Notes: a model not told the origin generated them from the sequence alone. Counted from the stretch's first letter, positions 1 through 11,345 are shown. The stretch: DNA of 64,000 nucleotides from Flavobacteriales bacterium (GCA_044338665.1 JBIIWZ010000010.1:4447-68446); one strand, 5' to 3'. Translations and numbers: made by a program.

Positions 1-439
1 TGTAAAAACGATAGATACCGGTCGCAGTGCATGTCCAGGGAATACCATTACTACTACTAACACCAATAACTCCCACCAACGGTGCAAAACCATCATTGTC
101 GACTGTAATATAATCCGTTGTGACTGAACTTTTAAACGTATATGTATTACCTGCAACTAGATTAACATTTGAATATTCACTGGCATAACCAGCAGTCGTG
201 ATATTTGCAAACACACCATTGCAAGCTGGTGTGAACGTAGTTGAGGGCCACAAACCATTTGTTGCTGTATAACATTGAGCATGTGAACTTTCAACTAGAA
301 CTAGTTGAACCAGAATTCCCGCAGTGAGAAGGATAAATTTCTTAAATAAACTTTCAGATTGGTTCGTTGCGGTTGATACGCTCAACTTAACGTTCGACGC
401 GTTATTTGCGCGAGATAAAAAAGAATACAATGACTTCAT
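1..439 (-). CDS. hypothetical secreted protein, N-terminal part (C-terminus lies beyond the window edge)
   Basis: Hand translation of the minus strand from ATG at 439: MKSLYSFLSRANNASNVKLSVSTATNQSESLFKKFILLTAGILVQLVLVESSHAQCYTATNG... It stays open to position 1 and has a signal-peptide-like hydrophobic stretch. Not in the ORF track because it is truncated. Confidence 0.45.
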   Translation of the reverse strand, partial: MKSLYSFLSRANNASNVKLSVSTATNQSESLFKKFILLTAGILVQLVLVESSHAQCYTATNGLWPSTTFTPACNGVFANITTAGYASEYSNVNLVAGNTYTFKSSVTTDYITVDNDGFAPLVGVIGVSSSNGIPWTCTATGIYRFY

Positions 440-610
440 GCCAGTTGCGATTTAGTTAAGAATTTTAGTTATCGGTATGTGACAATTTCGAGAAAGTGTT
501 TGCTTTCAAAAAATCGCTGTATTCCAAATATAGAAAGAAAATGAGAAAACCAAATTCTTTTTAACAAAAAAAGTTGTGATTCGGAGTAAGATTAAATTCG
601 GTTTCCAGAT

Positions 611-654
611 CTTCCAACGGACCTTTCGAAGAACCTTTCGAAGAATCTACGAAG
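611..654. repeat. backbone AAGGT/ACCTT repeat family, short ACCTT-arm copy (E1)
   Basis: cttccaacggacctttcgaagaacctttcgaagaatctacgaag. It shares the terminal motif CTTTCGAAGAATC with copies E6 and E7 and overlaps the pgk stop codon. Confidence 0.6.
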
Positions 655-1837
655 TAATAGCTCTAACCCCCGGCAATTCAATACCCTCCAGGGATTCCAA
701 CATAGCACCACCGCCGGTGCTGACGTATGAGACGTCGTTGGCTAATCCAAACTGATTAATCGCGGCCACTGAATCGCCGCCGCCGACTAAGGTGAATGAT
801 CCGTTTTTGGTGGCTTCAACCAAGGCGTTAGCAACGGCAATTGTCCCCGCTGCAAAGGCCTCCATTTCAAACACACCCATGGGGCCGTTCCATAATACTG
901 TTTTAGACTGAGCAATAATCGCAGCGAAATGCTCGCGCGATTTCACACCAATATCCAATCCCATCCATCCCGATGGAATGTTCGCAATGCTGCACTCCTT
1001 GTGATTCGCATCGGCTGAAAAAGCGTCCGCAATAATCGCATCGGTAGGCAAATACAAATTCACATTCTTGTTGCGTGCCATCTCCATAAGTTCCAACGCC
1101 AAGGCTAACTTGTCGTCTTCCACCAATGAATTTCCAACTTTACCCTTCTGCGCTTTAATGAACGTGAACGCCATGCCACCACCAATGATGATGTTGTCTA
1201 CGGCATTCATTAAATTTTCCAAAATAGCAATCTTGCTGCTGACTTTGCTTCCGCCAATAATAGCGGTAACCGGAGAAGCATTGCCGTTCAAGACACGATC
1301 AATACTTTTCACTTCGTCTTCCATTAAATAACCGAAATATTTATCGGTTGGAAAAAATTTCGCTATCACAGCCGTCGATGCGTGCGCGCGATGTGCCGTG
1401 CCGAAGGCATCGTTCACATACACATCTCCCAACTCAGCCAACTGTCCGGCGAAGAATTCATCTCCACCTTCTTCTTCCTTATAGAAACGTAAATTTTCCA
1501 ACAACAGAATTTCTCCTGCCTTCATTTTTTCTACCGCATGCTTTGCTTCTTCACCCACACAATTTCCAGAAAATGTAACGGGCTTCCCCAACACATTTGA
1601 GACTTCTTGTTGAATGTGCTTCAACGAAAATTTATCTTCTGGACCTCCCTTTGGACGGCCCAAATGCGACATCAAAATCACCTTCGCTCCGTCTGAAGAC
1701 AACTTCAAAATGGTTTTCGCTGCTGCTCGAATACGCGTGTTATCAGTTACTTCGAATTTTTCATTCAAAGGAACATTGAAGTCTACGCGCACAAGCACCG
1801 CTTTGTTCGCGAAGGTGTGTTGATCTAATTGATACAT
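647..1837 (-). CDS. pgk: phosphoglycerate kinase
   Basis: 396 aa. N-terminal [11 protein letters not shown], then MSHLGRPKG and a C-terminal STGGGA motif, all typical of PGK. Confidence 0.97.
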   Translation of the reverse strand: MYQLDQHTFANKAVLVRVDFNVPLNEKFEVTDNTRIRAAAKTILKLSSDGAKVILMSHLGRPKGGPEDKFSLKHIQQEVSNVLGKPVTFSGNCVGEEAKHAVEKMKAGEILLLENLRFYKEEEGGDEFFAGQLAELGDVYVNDAFGTAHRAHASTAVIAKFFPTDKYFGYLMEDEVKSIDRVLNGNASPVTAIIGGSKVSSKIAILENLMNAVDNIIIGGGMAFTFIKAQKGKVGNSLVEDDKLALALELMEMARNKNVNLYLPTDAIIADAFSADANHKECSIANIPSGWMGLDIGVKSREHFAAIIAQSKTVLWNGPMGVFEMEAFAAGTIAVANALVEATKNGSFTLVGGGDSVAAINQFGLANDVSYVSTGGGAMLESLEGIELPGVRAITS

Positions 1838-1839
1838 GC

Positions 1840-2406
1840 TTATTTCTTAACGCGCTCGTGATAATGTCCGGTTGAAGTGTCAATGCGAATCTTGTCGCCC
1901 ACTTCAATAAACAATGGAACACGCACTTCAACATTCACATCGAGCATTGCTTTCTTCATAGCATTTGTTGCAGTGTCTCCGCGCAAACCTGGCTCGGTAT
2001 ACGTAATTTCATATTCAACCAATGTTGGAAGGTCGCACGTCATAGGCGCTTCGTCTTCCGCATTGAACATAACCATACACACCATTCCTTCTTTCAAGAA
2101 TTTCGGTGCGTTAATCATGGTTGCAGGAATAGTGATTTGCTCGAAATCTTCCGTGTTCATGAAGTTGTACTCATCGTCTTGAAACAAGAACTGATACTCG
2201 CGTGTTTCAATTCGAACCACATCCATCTTCACTCCAGAGTTAAACGTATGGTCAACGATTTTTCCGTTGTTCAAATTTTTGATTTTCGTTCTTACGAAAG
2301 CCGGACCTTTTCCTGGTTTAACGTGTAAGAATTCAATGATTTTCCAGATGTGTGAATCCATTCTGAAACACATTCCGTTGTGAATGTCTGCGGTAGTTGA
2401 TGCCAT
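1840..2406 (-). CDS. efp: elongation factor P
   Basis: 188 aa. The [18 protein letters not shown] loop is characteristic of EF-P. Confidence 0.97.
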   Translation of the reverse strand: MASTTADIHNGMCFRMDSHIWKIIEFLHVKPGKGPAFVRTKIKNLNNGKIVDHTFNSGVKMDVVRIETREYQFLFQDDEYNFMNTEDFEQITIPATMINAPKFLKEGMVCMVMFNAEDEAPMTCDLPTLVEYEITYTEPGLRGDTATNAMKKAMLDVNVEVRVPLFIEVGDKIRIDTSTGHYHERVKK

Positions 2407-2420
2407 GATTATTTTTTATA

Positions 2421-2572
2421 AAGGTGTGTTACAAGGTTCTGCGAAAGGTGTGTTACAAGGTGTGTTTCAAGGTTCTGCGAAAGGTGTGTTACAAGGTTCT
2501 GCGAAAGGTGCTTTGCAAGGACGCTTCGCGTAGCGACCTTCCGTAGGACCTTCCATGGGACCTAACGAAGTT
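2421..2572 (+). repeat. backbone AAGGT/ACCTT hairpin repeat (E2)
   Basis: 24-nt units aaggtgtgttacaaggttctgcga, followed by the core gcaaggacgcttcgcgtagcgaccttcc and then ACCTT-type arms. Confidence 0.8.
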
Positions 2573-2576
2573 AACG

Positions 2577-3557
2577 CTAGTAAGCCCACTTCACATAAAT
2601 AGCTCCCCACGTGAATCCACCGCCAAATGCGGCTAGTACGAGGTTGTCTCCTTTTTTCAATTGAGATTCCCAATCGCAAAGACAAAGTGGAATGGTTGCG
2701 CTAGTAGTGTTTCCGTATTTGTGAATGTTTATCATTACCTTCTCGCTGCCTACTCCCATGCGGCGTGCAGTAGCGTCGATAATTCTGAGGTTCGCTTGAT
2801 GAGGAACCAACCACGCCACATCGTCTGATGTAAGGTTGTTCTTCTCCATGATTTCAGCAGACACATCGGCCATTCCCATTACCGCAGCTTTGAAAACGGG
2901 TTGACCGTCTTGGGTAATGAAATGTTCGCGGTTGGCAACGGTTTCAGCGGTAGACGGATTAACCGAACCGCCTGACTTCTGATATAAATAGTGTCTTCCG
3001 TGTCCGTCTGTTTTCAGTATGCTATCCATGATTCCGTTGTCGTCTTCTGTTGGTTCAAGAAGCACAGCTCCCGCGCCATCTCCGAATAGCACACATGTAG
3101 CGCGATCGGTGTAGTCTACGATGCTCGACATTTTGTCTGCACCTACAACAACAACCTTTTTACACTTTCCTGTTTCAATGAATTGTGAACCGGTTGCTAC
3201 GGCAAAAAGAAAACCTGAACAAGCAGCACCGAGGTCATATCCCCAAGCGTTTTTCGCTCCAATTTTATCGCAAATAATATTTGCAGTAGCGGGAAATAAA
3301 TGGTCTGGAGTTACGGTTGCGCAAATGAGCAAATCAATGTCCATCGGTGAAATCCCACGCTTTTCGCAAAGCACCTTCACGGCTTCCACCGCCATGTCGC
3401 TAGTGCCTAATCCTTCGCCTTTCAGTATATGACGTTCTGAAATACCTGTTCGCGAGCGAATCCACTCGTCGTTGGTATCTACCATTTTCTCTAAATCGGC
3501 GTTTGTAAGAAGGTCGGGGGGAAGGTAACCGCCTATTGCGGTAATGGCTGCTCTCAT
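2577..3557 (-). CDS. fabH: beta-ketoacyl-ACP synthase III
   Basis: 326 aa. [15 protein letters not shown], active-site AACSGF, and a C-terminal GGGFTWGA motif. Confidence 0.95.
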   Translation of the reverse strand: MRAAITAIGGYLPPDLLTNADLEKMVDTNDEWIRSRTGISERHILKGEGLGTSDMAVEAVKVLCEKRGISPMDIDLLICATVTPDHLFPATANIICDKIGAKNAWGYDLGAACSGFLFAVATGSQFIETGKCKKVVVVGADKMSSIVDYTDRATCVLFGDGAGAVLLEPTEDDNGIMDSILKTDGHGRHYLYQKSGGSVNPSTAETVANREHFITQDGQPVFKAAVMGMADVSAEIMEKNNLTSDDVAWLVPHQANLRIIDATARRMGVGSEKVMINIHKYGNTTSATIPLCLCDWESQLKKGDNLVLAAFGGGFTWGAIYVKWAY

Positions 3558-3570
3558 GTGGTATTAGATT

Positions 3571-3760
3571 GAAGATGCGAAGATAGGCAATTCTTTGAAA
3601 GATGCGAAGCAAGGTCCGGAGGAAGGTGCTGCGCAAGGTCCGGGGGAAGAGAAGTATACCAAACACAAAAACCTCCGATTGGAGGTTTGAAAAAATACTG
3701 TATTAACTACCGACAGGTCCTACCGAAGGTCCTATTGGAAGATACTACCGAAAGTCTTTG
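3571..3760. repeat. degenerate AAGGT-type repeat copies flanking a hairpin (E3)
   Basis: gatgcgaagcaaggtccggaggaaggtgctgcgcaaggtcc and caggtcctaccgaaggtcctattggaag. No CGCTTCGCGTAGCG core is present. Confidence 0.45.
3669..3688 (-). terminator. hairpin with T-run on the minus strand, between rpmF and fabH
   Basis: aaacctcc-gatt-ggaggttt. On the minus strand it is followed by TTTTGTGTTT. Confidence 0.4.
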
Positions 3761-3764
3761 AGCG

Positions 3765-3950
3765 TTAGGCTTCTTTCTCTATTAGAACTTTTCCTTTGTA
3801 GTACAACTTCCCTTCGTACCAGTGTGCGTGGTGGAAAAGGTGTGGTTGACCAGTAGTAGTACAAGTAGAAACGTTAGGTGTTTCTAATTTGTAGTGTGTT
3901 CTACGCTTCGCTTGACGCGTTTGGGAAATCCTGTGTTTGGGATGTGCCAT
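3765..3950 (-). CDS. rpmF: 50S ribosomal protein L32
   Basis: 61 aa beginning [19 protein letters not shown]. Confidence 0.95.
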   Translation of the reverse strand: MAHPKHRISQTRQAKRRTHYKLETPNVSTCTTTGQPHLFHHAHWYEGKLYYKGKVLIEKEA

Positions 3951-3968
3951 GGGTTCTTATTTAAAAAG

Positions 3969-4499
3969 TTATTCTTCCTCGTCGGAAGGATCAAATTCAT
4001 CGGTATCAAAATCTTTCAAGTCTTTCCAGATGCTGTCTGCGTTTTCTTCTACTCGGTATGTATTCAAGGCTCCTAAAACAACTGGGTTACAGTCGGCTTC
4101 TTTGTTATGTATTCTTCTTGAAGGAAGAGATAACAATGCCATTTCAAACATACGTCGTTTAATATCCAATTGGTATTCACTTGGTCCAAGTGTCCAAACA
4201 TCGTCTTCGTCGGTGTTTGTCTTGTCTCCAAATTTCACTAAAAGGTGATCAACGTTTTCAACGTGAATCCAAGTGTCTTCGGCACATCTGTCGCAGGGCA
4301 ATAAGACTTCTCCTTCCACCTGCAAATCGAGGATAAGCATGTTTTGTTTTTTGTCTAAAGTGCCTGTGACATTCAGTTTTGATTCTTGAATTTCACTGTC
4401 GGGAAAGTCTGCAAAGAACGTTTTATCCAGTTGGAATTCTAACTCATGCGTTCCAATTTTCCAGCCTGAAAAGTTCAGGATATAAAGTGAATCTTGCAT
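3969..4499 (-). CDS. YceD/DUF177 family protein
   Basis: Trimmed to MQDSLYILNF (cat at 4497-4499). It has the CDRC motif and an acidic tail, and sits in the conserved position upstream of rpmF. The 86 extra N-terminal residues of the tracked ORF translate the repeat E4. Confidence 0.85.
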   Translation of the reverse strand: MQDSLYILNFSGWKIGTHELEFQLDKTFFADFPDSEIQESKLNVTGTLDKKQNMLILDLQVEGEVLLPCDRCAEDTWIHVENVDHLLVKFGDKTNTDEDDVWTLGPSEYQLDIKRRMFEMALLSLPSRRIHNKEADCNPVVLGALNTYRVEENADSIWKDLKDFDTDEFDPSDEEE

Positions 4500-4560
4500 A
4501 GATAGATTTTCAAAAGGACGGCAAAGATACGTTTCTTTTTTGGAAAAACAACATGCGGAG

Positions 4561-4750
4561 CAAGATTCTTCGAAAGGTGCTTTGCAAGGTCCTACAGAAG
4601 GTTCTTCGAAAGGTGCTTTGCAAGGTCCTACAGAAGGTTCTTCGAAAGGTGCTTCGCGTAGCGACCTTCTAAAAGACCTTGCATTGCATCTTGAAACAGG
4701 TCCTGCGGAAGGTGTTTCACAAGGTCTGACGAAGGTGGGTAGCAAGGGAA
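4561..4750 (+). repeat. backbone AAGGT/ACCTT hairpin repeat (E4)
   Basis: Units ttcgaaaggtgctttgcaaggtcctacagaagg, core cttcgcgtagcgacc at 4652-4666, then ACCTT arms. Confidence 0.8.
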
Positions 4751-4873
4751 AGTGCATTTAAATAAAGGAATTTATGCTTCTGGAAGTAAGCACTGACAAG
4801 GGCTGTAGAGAAATGTAGGAATAAGTGTTTGTAGAGGTGAAAGGAATAAAGTCACATTTTTGAAAGAAAAAAG

Positions 4874-5230
4874 ATGAAAAAATCAGTTTATAAAAAGTCA
4901 GAAGAGCTTGCACTTGAAATAATGGCAATAACAAAAGACATAAGGAATGTGAAAAAAGATTATTACATGGCCGATCAAATATTCCGAAGTTCAACATCTG
5001 TGGCAGCCAACTTAAGAGAGGCAAAGTTTTCAAACACTGATAAAATGTATCTACATAAATTATCAATTTCCATTCGGGAAGCCGACGAGACTAATTATTG
5101 GATAAGTGTTATGAAATTCAAAGATTATATAACCCAAGAAGTGCACGACGAACTATCAAACAAGTCCAGAGAAATACTAAATGAACTCTATGCCTTATCG
5201 CGGTTTGTAAAAAATAAAGCGAATAAATAA
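4874..5230 (+). CDS. four-helix-bundle protein (23S rRNA intervening-sequence protein / Avd-like family)
   Basis: 118 aa. The pattern SSTSVAANLREA...READETNYWI is typical of this family. Confidence 0.85.
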   Translation: MKKSVYKKSEELALEIMAITKDIRNVKKDYYMADQIFRSSTSVAANLREAKFSNTDKMYLHKLSISIREADETNYWISVMKFKDYITQEVHDELSNKSREILNELYALSRFVKNKANK

Positions 5231-5235
5231 ACCTC

Positions 5236-5390
5236 CCCTTGCGAAGAACCTGTTTCAAAATGCATTGTAAGGTCTTTCAGAAGGTGCTTAGCAAGGTCCG
5301 ATGTAAGGTCCCGAGGAAGGTCGCTACGCGAAGTCTACTTGCGAAGCACCTTGCATAGCACCTTCGTAAGACCTTTCATCGAAACTTCCA
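5236..5390 (-). repeat. backbone AAGGT/ACCTT hairpin repeat, inverted orientation (E5)
   Basis: Core ggtcgctacgcgaag at 5319-5333 is the exact reverse complement of 4652-4666. Segment 5247-5286 is an inverted repeat of 4663-4702 (34/40 by hand). Confidence 0.8.
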
Positions 5391-5418
5391 TTTTTCTCAA
5401 AAACGAACCAAAAAGCTA

Positions 5419-5426
5419 TATATTTG
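5419..5426 (+). promoter_or_regulatory. candidate Bacteroidota -7 box (TATATTTG) upstream of accB
   Basis: Matches the TAnnTTTG consensus and lies 32 nt upstream of the accB ATG. Confidence 0.3.
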
Positions 5427-5457
5427 CCCTCAATTCAAACGAAAAATTCAAAAAACG

Positions 5458-5943
5458 ATGAATATTACTCAAATTCAAGATCTAATCAAGTTCGTTGCGA
5501 AAAGTGGCGTAAGTGAGGTGGAAATCGAGCAAAAAGATTTCAAAATCACCATTAAGACTCCTGGAAAAGGAAAACAAGAATTCGTTCAAGTGGCTTCTGC
5601 GCCAATGATGGCTGCACCTGCCCCAATGGCTATGCCAGCTGCTGCGCCTGTGGCATCTGCTGCTCCGGTGGCTCCGGTGGCTGAAGCTCCAGTTGCTTCG
5701 AATCTTATTGAGATTAGAAGCCCAATGATTGGGACGTTCTACCGTTCTGCTTCTCCAGAGAAACCTGCATTCGTTGAGGTGGGTTCTGAAATTAAAGTTG
5801 GAGATAAAGTTTGTATCGTTGAAGCGATGAAATTGTTCAACGACATTGAATCTGAAGTTTCAGGTAGAATCGTGAAGATTTTGGTGAACGACATGTCCCC
5901 GATTGAATTTGATCAACCATTATTTTTGGTTGAACCAGCATAA
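5458..5943 (+). CDS. accB: acetyl-CoA carboxylase biotin carboxyl carrier protein
   Basis: 161 aa. Ala/Pro-rich linker and the EAMKLFN biotinylation motif. Confidence 0.95.
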   Translation: MNITQIQDLIKFVAKSGVSEVEIEQKDFKITIKTPGKGKQEFVQVASAPMMAAPAPMAMPAAAPVASAAPVAPVAEAPVASNLIEIRSPMIGTFYRSASPEKPAFVEVGSEIKVGDKVCIVEAMKLFNDIESEVSGRIVKILVNDMSPIEFDQPLFLVEPA

Positions 5944-5964
5944 TTGCACTTAAACACTACTTCC

Positions 5965-7299
5965 ATGTTTAACAAAATATTAATTGCCAATCGCGGCGAA
6001 ATTGCGCTACGTGTTATTCGTACGTGCAAAGAAATGGGTATTAAAACGGTTGCTGTTTATTCAACAGCCGACCGCGATAGCCTTCATGTGCGCTTTGCAG
6101 ATGAGGCCGTATGTATAGGACCCCCTTCTAGTAAAGAGTCCTATTTAAAGATTTCAAGCATTATTGCTGCTGCTGAAATCACCAATGCAGATGCGATTCA
6201 CCCAGGATACGGATTCCTTTCTGAAAATGCTACCTTCTCTAAGGTATGTAAAGAGAATGGAATCAAATTCATAGGCGCTTCTCCTGAGATGATCGACTCT
6301 ATGGGCGATAAGTCTTCAGCAAAGCAAACCATGCGCGATGCTGGAGTTCCTACCATTCCGGGTAGCGATGGGTTAATTGAAAGTCTTGAGCACGCGAAGG
6401 AATTGGCTGTTGGAATTGTGTATCCTGTAATCTTGAAAGCTACCGCAGGCGGTGGTGGAAAAGGTATGCGTGTGGTGAACAGCGAAGACGAAATGGAAAG
6501 CGCTTGGGAAATGGTGAGACGCGAAGCCGGTGCTGCCTTCGGAAACGACGGTATTTACATGGAGAAATTCGTAGTTGAACCGCGTCACATTGAAATTCAA
6601 ATTGCAGGTGACCAATACGGAAAAGCTTGTCACCTTTCAGAACGCGATTGCTCTATTCAAAGAAGACATCAGAAATTGGTTGAGGAAACTCCTTCTCCAT
6701 ACATGACTCCGGAATTGCGCGAGCGCATGGGTGAGGCCGCTATTAAAGCTGCTCTTGCTGTCGGATACGAAGGCGTTGGAACAGTAGAATTCTTGGTCGA
6801 CAAAGACCGCAATTTCTACTTCATGGAAATGAATACACGTATTCAAGTAGAGCATACCATAACCGAAGAAGTTATAGACTACGACTTGGTGAAGGAACAA
6901 ATTAAATTGGCTGCAGGTGAGCCTATTTCAGGAAGAAATTACTATCCGACTATGCATGCCATTCAGTGTCGTATTAACGCTGAAGACCCCTACAAAAACT
7001 TCATGCCTTCTCCAGGCAAAATCACCGACTACCATTGTCCTGGCGGCCACGGTGTTCGCATAGATGCTCACGCCTATGCTGGATACGTGATTCCCCCGTT
7101 CTATGATTCTATGATTTCGAAATTGATTACCGTTGCTCAAACACGTGAAGAAGCCATTGCGAAAATGCAACGCGCTTTAGACGAGTATATCATTGAAGGA
7201 ATTAAGACCACGATTCCTTTCCACCAAAAACTCATGAAAGACGAGAAGTTCCGTTCAGGGGATTTCACGACGAAGTTTTTGGAAGATTGGACGATGTAA
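5965..7299 (+). CDS. accC: acetyl-CoA carboxylase biotin carboxylase subunit
   Basis: ATG at 5965 gives [17 protein letters not shown]-grasp motifs GGGGKGMR and [10 protein letters not shown] are present. Confidence 0.97.
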   Translation: MFNKILIANRGEIALRVIRTCKEMGIKTVAVYSTADRDSLHVRFADEAVCIGPPSSKESYLKISSIIAAAEITNADAIHPGYGFLSENATFSKVCKENGIKFIGASPEMIDSMGDKSSAKQTMRDAGVPTIPGSDGLIESLEHAKELAVGIVYPVILKATAGGGGKGMRVVNSEDEMESAWEMVRREAGAAFGNDGIYMEKFVVEPRHIEIQIAGDQYGKACHLSERDCSIQRRHQKLVEETPSPYMTPELRERMGEAAIKAALAVGYEGVGTVEFLVDKDRNFYFMEMNTRIQVEHTITEEVIDYDLVKEQIKLAAGEPISGRNYYPTMHAIQCRINAEDPYKNFMPSPGKITDYHCPGGHGVRIDAHAYAGYVIPPFYDSMISKLITVAQTREEAIAKMQRALDEYIIEGIKTTIPFHQKLMKDEKFRSGDFTTKFLEDWTM

Positions 7300-7316
7300 T
7301 CAGACGGAGTCTGAGT

Positions 7317-9107
7317 TTAGCTATTCAGCTTAAGCACCGCCAAAAACGCTGCCTGTGGAACTTCTACAGAACCAACTTGTCGCATGCGTTTCTTTCCTTC
7401 TTTTTGCTTTTCAAGAAGCTTGCGCTTACGCGAGATATCACCGCCGTAACACTTTGCAGTAACGTCTTTACGCAAGGCGTTAATGGTTTCGCGGGCAATG
7501 ATTTTGGCGCCAATGGCAGCTTGAAGTGCTATTAAGAACTGTTGTCTTGGGATCAACTCACGCAATTTCATGCAGATTTTCTTACCCAATTCGTATGCGT
7601 GGTCTTTGTGAATAAGAGCACTTAGAGCATCTACTTGATCTCCGTTTAAGAGTATATCTAATTTCACTAACAAACTTTGTTGGTAGCCAATTCTGAAATA
7701 ATCGAACGAGGCATAGCCTTTCGAAATGGTCTTTAAACGATCGTAGAAATCGAATACGATTTCAGCCAAAGGCATTTCAAATGTTAACTCTATGCGGTCT
7801 GTTGTTAGGTAAAGTTGGTTTTGCAGCATCCCTCGTTTTTCAATACACAAGGTCATAATTGCGCCAATGTACTCGGTCTTGGTTATGATTTGCGCTTTGA
7901 TAAACGGTTCTTCAACATAGTCTATTAAGTTCTGTTCTGGCAGTTCCGATGGATTGTTAATCTCTAACTTCTCTCCCTTCGTGGTGTAACAGATGTAGCT
8001 AACGTTCGGAACAGTCGTAATAACAGTCATGTTGAACTCGCGTTCCAAGCGTTCTTGAATAATCTCCATGTGCAACATTCCTAAGAATCCGCAACGGAAA
8101 CCGAATCCAAGCGCCGCCGAACTTTCCGGTTCGAACACCAAAGACGCATCGTTCAACTGAAGCTTTTCCATACTCGCGCGAAGCTCTTCGTACTCGTCTG
8201 TATCTACCGGATAAATTCCCGCGAATACCATGGGCTTAACATCTTCAAAACCTTGAAGAGCTTCAGGAGAAGGGTTAGCAAGGGTTGTTATGGTATCACC
8301 AACTTTTACTTCGGTAGCAGTTTTAATTCCAGAAATAATATATCCAACATCGCCAGCAGCAACAAAGTCGCGCGGCTTCAAATCCATTCCCAAAACACCT
8401 ACTTCATCTGCATAGTACTCTTTTCCTGTGCTCATGAATTTCACTTTGTCTCCTTTACGAAGAACACCGTTCTTAATTCGGAAGTAAGCGATAATTCCAC
8501 GGAATGAATTGAACACTGAGTCGAAAACCATTGCCTGCAATGGTGCGTCAACGGTTCCAACCGGACCTGGAATGCGCGCGCAAATAGCATCTAAAATTTC
8601 AAGAACGCCCTCACCTGTTTTTCCGCTTGCGGCTAAAATTTCATCACGTTCGCAACCGATTAAATCTACAATCTGATCTTTCACCAACTCAGGGTCGGCG
8701 TTCGGAAGATCTATTTTATTCAAAATTGGAATGATTGTCAAATCATTTTCCAATGCTAAGTACAAGTTTGAAATCGTTTGCGCTTGAATTCCTTGAGAAG
8801 CGTCTACAATAAGAATGGCGCCTTCGCAAGAAGCAATGGCGCGAGAAACTTCATAAGAAAAGTCTACGTGACCGGGAGTGTCGATCAAATTCAACACGAA
8901 TTGTTCGTTGCCAATTTTGTGCAACATTTGAATCGCGTGCGCCTTGATGGTAATTCCTTTCTCACGCTCAAGATCCATGTCGTCTAGCGCTTGCGCTACC
9001 ATCTTACGATCTTCAATGGTCTTGGTAATTTGCAACATTCTGTCTGCAAGGGTCGATTTCCCGTGATCAATGTGCGCAATGATGCAAAAATTTCGAATAT
9101 TTTTCAT
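7317..9107 (-). CDS. lepA: translation elongation factor 4
   Basis: Trimmed to [23 protein letters not shown] (cat at 9105-9107). GTPase G1-G4 motifs and a LepA C-terminal domain. Confidence 0.97.
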   Translation of the reverse strand: MKNIRNFCIIAHIDHGKSTLADRMLQITKTIEDRKMVAQALDDMDLEREKGITIKAHAIQMLHKIGNEQFVLNLIDTPGHVDFSYEVSRAIASCEGAILIVDASQGIQAQTISNLYLALENDLTIIPILNKIDLPNADPELVKDQIVDLIGCERDEILAASGKTGEGVLEILDAICARIPGPVGTVDAPLQAMVFDSVFNSFRGIIAYFRIKNGVLRKGDKVKFMSTGKEYYADEVGVLGMDLKPRDFVAAGDVGYIISGIKTATEVKVGDTITTLANPSPEALQGFEDVKPMVFAGIYPVDTDEYEELRASMEKLQLNDASLVFEPESSAALGFGFRCGFLGMLHMEIIQERLEREFNMTVITTVPNVSYICYTTKGEKLEINNPSELPEQNLIDYVEEPFIKAQIITKTEYIGAIMTLCIEKRGMLQNQLYLTTDRIELTFEMPLAEIVFDFYDRLKTISKGYASFDYFRIGYQQSLLVKLDILLNGDQVDALSALIHKDHAYELGKKICMKLRELIPRQQFLIALQAAIGAKIIARETINALRKDVTAKCYGGDISRKRKLLEKQKEGKKRMRQVGSVEVPQAAFLAVLKLNS

Positions 9108-9218
9108 GTTCTTTCTAAGACCTACAAAGTTACATCGAAAGCTAGGTATAAAACAATGAAAAGAAAATACTCCGAAAACAAAATTGTTCAAGCCAACATT
9201 CGTTTATTTTTGTTACCC

Positions 9219-11300
9219 ATGAAAATTTTGAAATCTCTTTTAGTGGTTGCTCTTGGAATTGCAAGCACAGGAATATTTGCTCAGGAAGAGCACTTGTATT
9301 GTGGCGAGCGTGAAAATCGCGTGCGCATGTTCGGCATGTATCCTGAAGCCGAAGGAATCGCCCGTCGTGCAGGAGAAGCCCTTGAAACTTACACCGAAAA
9401 TTTCGTTGATAATGCGCCCGAGCGAGGGTCACAAACCATTTATACCATTCCTGTTGTATTTCATGTCATTCATAACAATGGAACAGAAAACATCTCTGAC
9501 GATCAGATTTTAAACGGTCTTTCGATTTTAAATCGCGATTACGCTATGTTGAACTCCGATATTAGCTTAGTTGTAACCGCATTTGAAAACATAACTGCCG
9601 ATATAGGTATTGAATTCGTGTTGGCAACCAAAGACCCTAATGGCAATTGCACACGAGGAATAAACAGAATTGTTTCACCTCTTACCTCTGATGGTGGACA
9701 AGACATGAAGGATCTCATTATTTGGCCGCGAAATAAATATTTAAATATTTGGATTTGCCTAGATGCTGCTGGGGCTGCTGGTTATACCAATTTACCAGGT
9801 GACGTTGCTGGATTTTGGGGAGCTGGTACAGATGGTATAGTGGTGCGCTCTGACTATGTGGGAGCTATCGGAACAAGCACTTCCCAACGCAGTCGAACCC
9901 TCACGCATGAAGTGGGACATTGGTTGAACTTATACCACACATGGGGTCCTGGTAACTCTCCTGGAGTTTCTACGAATTGCAATCAAGATGATAATGTAAC
10001 GGATACGCCAAACACAATCGGTTGGACCAGTTGTTCACTGACCGGAAGTTCATGCGGAAATACCGTGGACAACGTTCAGAATTACATGGAGTATTCTTAC
10101 TGTTCACGCATGTTTACCCAAGGGCAGCGCACACGCATGCGTGCTGCGATTACGAGTAGCGTTGCTCAACGCAGTAGTCTAATTACAGCTTCAAATTTAT
10201 TGGCTACAGGGGTAACAAATCCTGCACTTTGTGTTGCCGATTTCGAATTCGATAAAAATATTTTATGCGATGGAGACAGCGTGTCTTTCACCGACATCTC
10301 ATACCACGGAATAACATCTTGGAATTGGAATTTCGGAGACGGTGTAACACTTGTGGGCAGCGATCCCGCTGTTCATCAAAATCCAATACACACCTACAAC
10401 ACACCTGGAACTTTCACTGTTACACTTACGGTTAGCAACGGAGCTGATCAACTTTCAAAAACGTATTCAAACGTTATTACTGTTTTGGGTGGTGCAGGAA
10501 TGAACACACCATTGATGGAAGGATTTGAAGGGACTTGGCCTGGCAACAACTGGTTCGTGAACAACCCAGATTTGGACGAAACATGGCAAGTGGTTAATAC
10601 CAATTACAGCGGCGCTAAAGGATTGAAACTTGCTAATTTCACCAGCGAATCTGGACACGTAGACGAATTCATTTCGAACACCTTCGACATGAGCGCTATG
10701 GATACCATTTTCGTGAGCTACAAATGGGCTTACGCAAGTAGAGTTTCGGTAACCGATGATCGCCTTCGCGTTAGTGCATCAGGAGATTGCGGAACTTCAT
10801 GGACCCTTGCTAGAATTCGCAAAGGAACAACCAACTTACCAACCGGAACAGCGACTAACCTTGCCTTCACTCCGAGTTCAACAGCTCAATGGAGCGGTGA
10901 AACGCTTACGCTAACCGCGCAAAATTACATGACCGATCACTTCCAATTGAAATATGAATTCATAAGTTACGGTGGAAATAATCTATACCTTGACGATATC
11001 AATATCACAGTTGTAGACACGCTTGGAAATTATATTGAAATGACAGAGTCTCCTCTAGAAGTTTCGCTTTATCCAAATCCAACAAGCGATGCAGCAACGC
11101 TCGTTCTTGGAAGCGCTGCTCACAAGAAAACCAGCGTTGTCTTGTTTAACAGTGCAGGGGAAATCGTTGACCAGATTTACAACGGAAATCTAAGTGTGGG
11201 AACACATACATTTTCAATTCCGAAACATGCTGCTGGTTTCTACATTGTTCAAATTCAAAGTGGAAACTCGGTAACACACCGAAAACTTATTTTCGAGTAA
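9219..11300 (+). CDS. secreted M43-type zinc metalloprotease with PKD domain and T9SS C-terminal sorting domain
   Basis: Start MKILKSLLVVALGIASTGIFAQ (signal peptide). HEVGHWLNLYHTW zinc site, PKD-like WNWNFGDG...TFTVTLTVSNG, and a C-terminal LYPNP...GFYIVQIQ T9SS CTD. Confidence 0.85.
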   Translation: MKILKSLLVVALGIASTGIFAQEEHLYCGERENRVRMFGMYPEAEGIARRAGEALETYTENFVDNAPERGSQTIYTIPVVFHVIHNNGTENISDDQILNGLSILNRDYAMLNSDISLVVTAFENITADIGIEFVLATKDPNGNCTRGINRIVSPLTSDGGQDMKDLIIWPRNKYLNIWICLDAAGAAGYTNLPGDVAGFWGAGTDGIVVRSDYVGAIGTSTSQRSRTLTHEVGHWLNLYHTWGPGNSPGVSTNCNQDDNVTDTPNTIGWTSCSLTGSSCGNTVDNVQNYMEYSYCSRMFTQGQRTRMRAAITSSVAQRSSLITASNLLATGVTNPALCVADFEFDKNILCDGDSVSFTDISYHGITSWNWNFGDGVTLVGSDPAVHQNPIHTYNTPGTFTVTLTVSNGADQLSKTYSNVITVLGGAGMNTPLMEGFEGTWPGNNWFVNNPDLDETWQVVNTNYSGAKGLKLANFTSESGHVDEFISNTFDMSAMDTIFVSYKWAYASRVSVTDDRLRVSASGDCGTSWTLARIRKGTTNLPTGTATNLAFTPSSTAQWSGETLTLTAQNYMTDHFQLKYEFISYGGNNLYLDDINITVVDTLGNYIEMTESPLEVSLYPNPTSDAATLVLGSAAHKKTSVVLFNSAGEIVDQIYNGNLSVGTHTFSIPKHAAGFYIVQIQSGNSVTHRKLIFE

Positions 11301-11345
11301 GTTTCCTTGAACAAACTTGGCTTGTAGTTGTTAACTTTGTTTAAT

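Noticed and set aside
2467-2685. Tracked ORFs with G/P/S/K/E-rich translations: 2467-2685, 3400-3666, 4540-4761, 14095-14325, 16783-17034, 39508-39732, 41885-42088, 54224-54562 and 54312-54497.
   Set aside because: They are translations of the periodic repeat elements (12-nt periodicity keeps frames open). They lie in intergenic positions, overlap repeat cores, and have no start context. I treated them as non-coding.
3969-4757. Long N-terminal extensions of tracked ORFs: yceD-like to 4757, lepA to 9191, M43 protease from 8991, alaS to 20685, M23 from 20573, and several island ORFs.
   Set aside because: The extensions run through repeats or neighbouring genes. Internal ATGs give canonical N-termini or signal peptides, so the coordinates were trimmed.
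4874-5230. A diversity-generating retroelement, suggested by the Avd-like four-helix-bundle gene.
   Set aside because: No reverse transcriptase gene, template/variable repeat pair or target gene is visible within several kb. The family also occurs as stand-alone genes.
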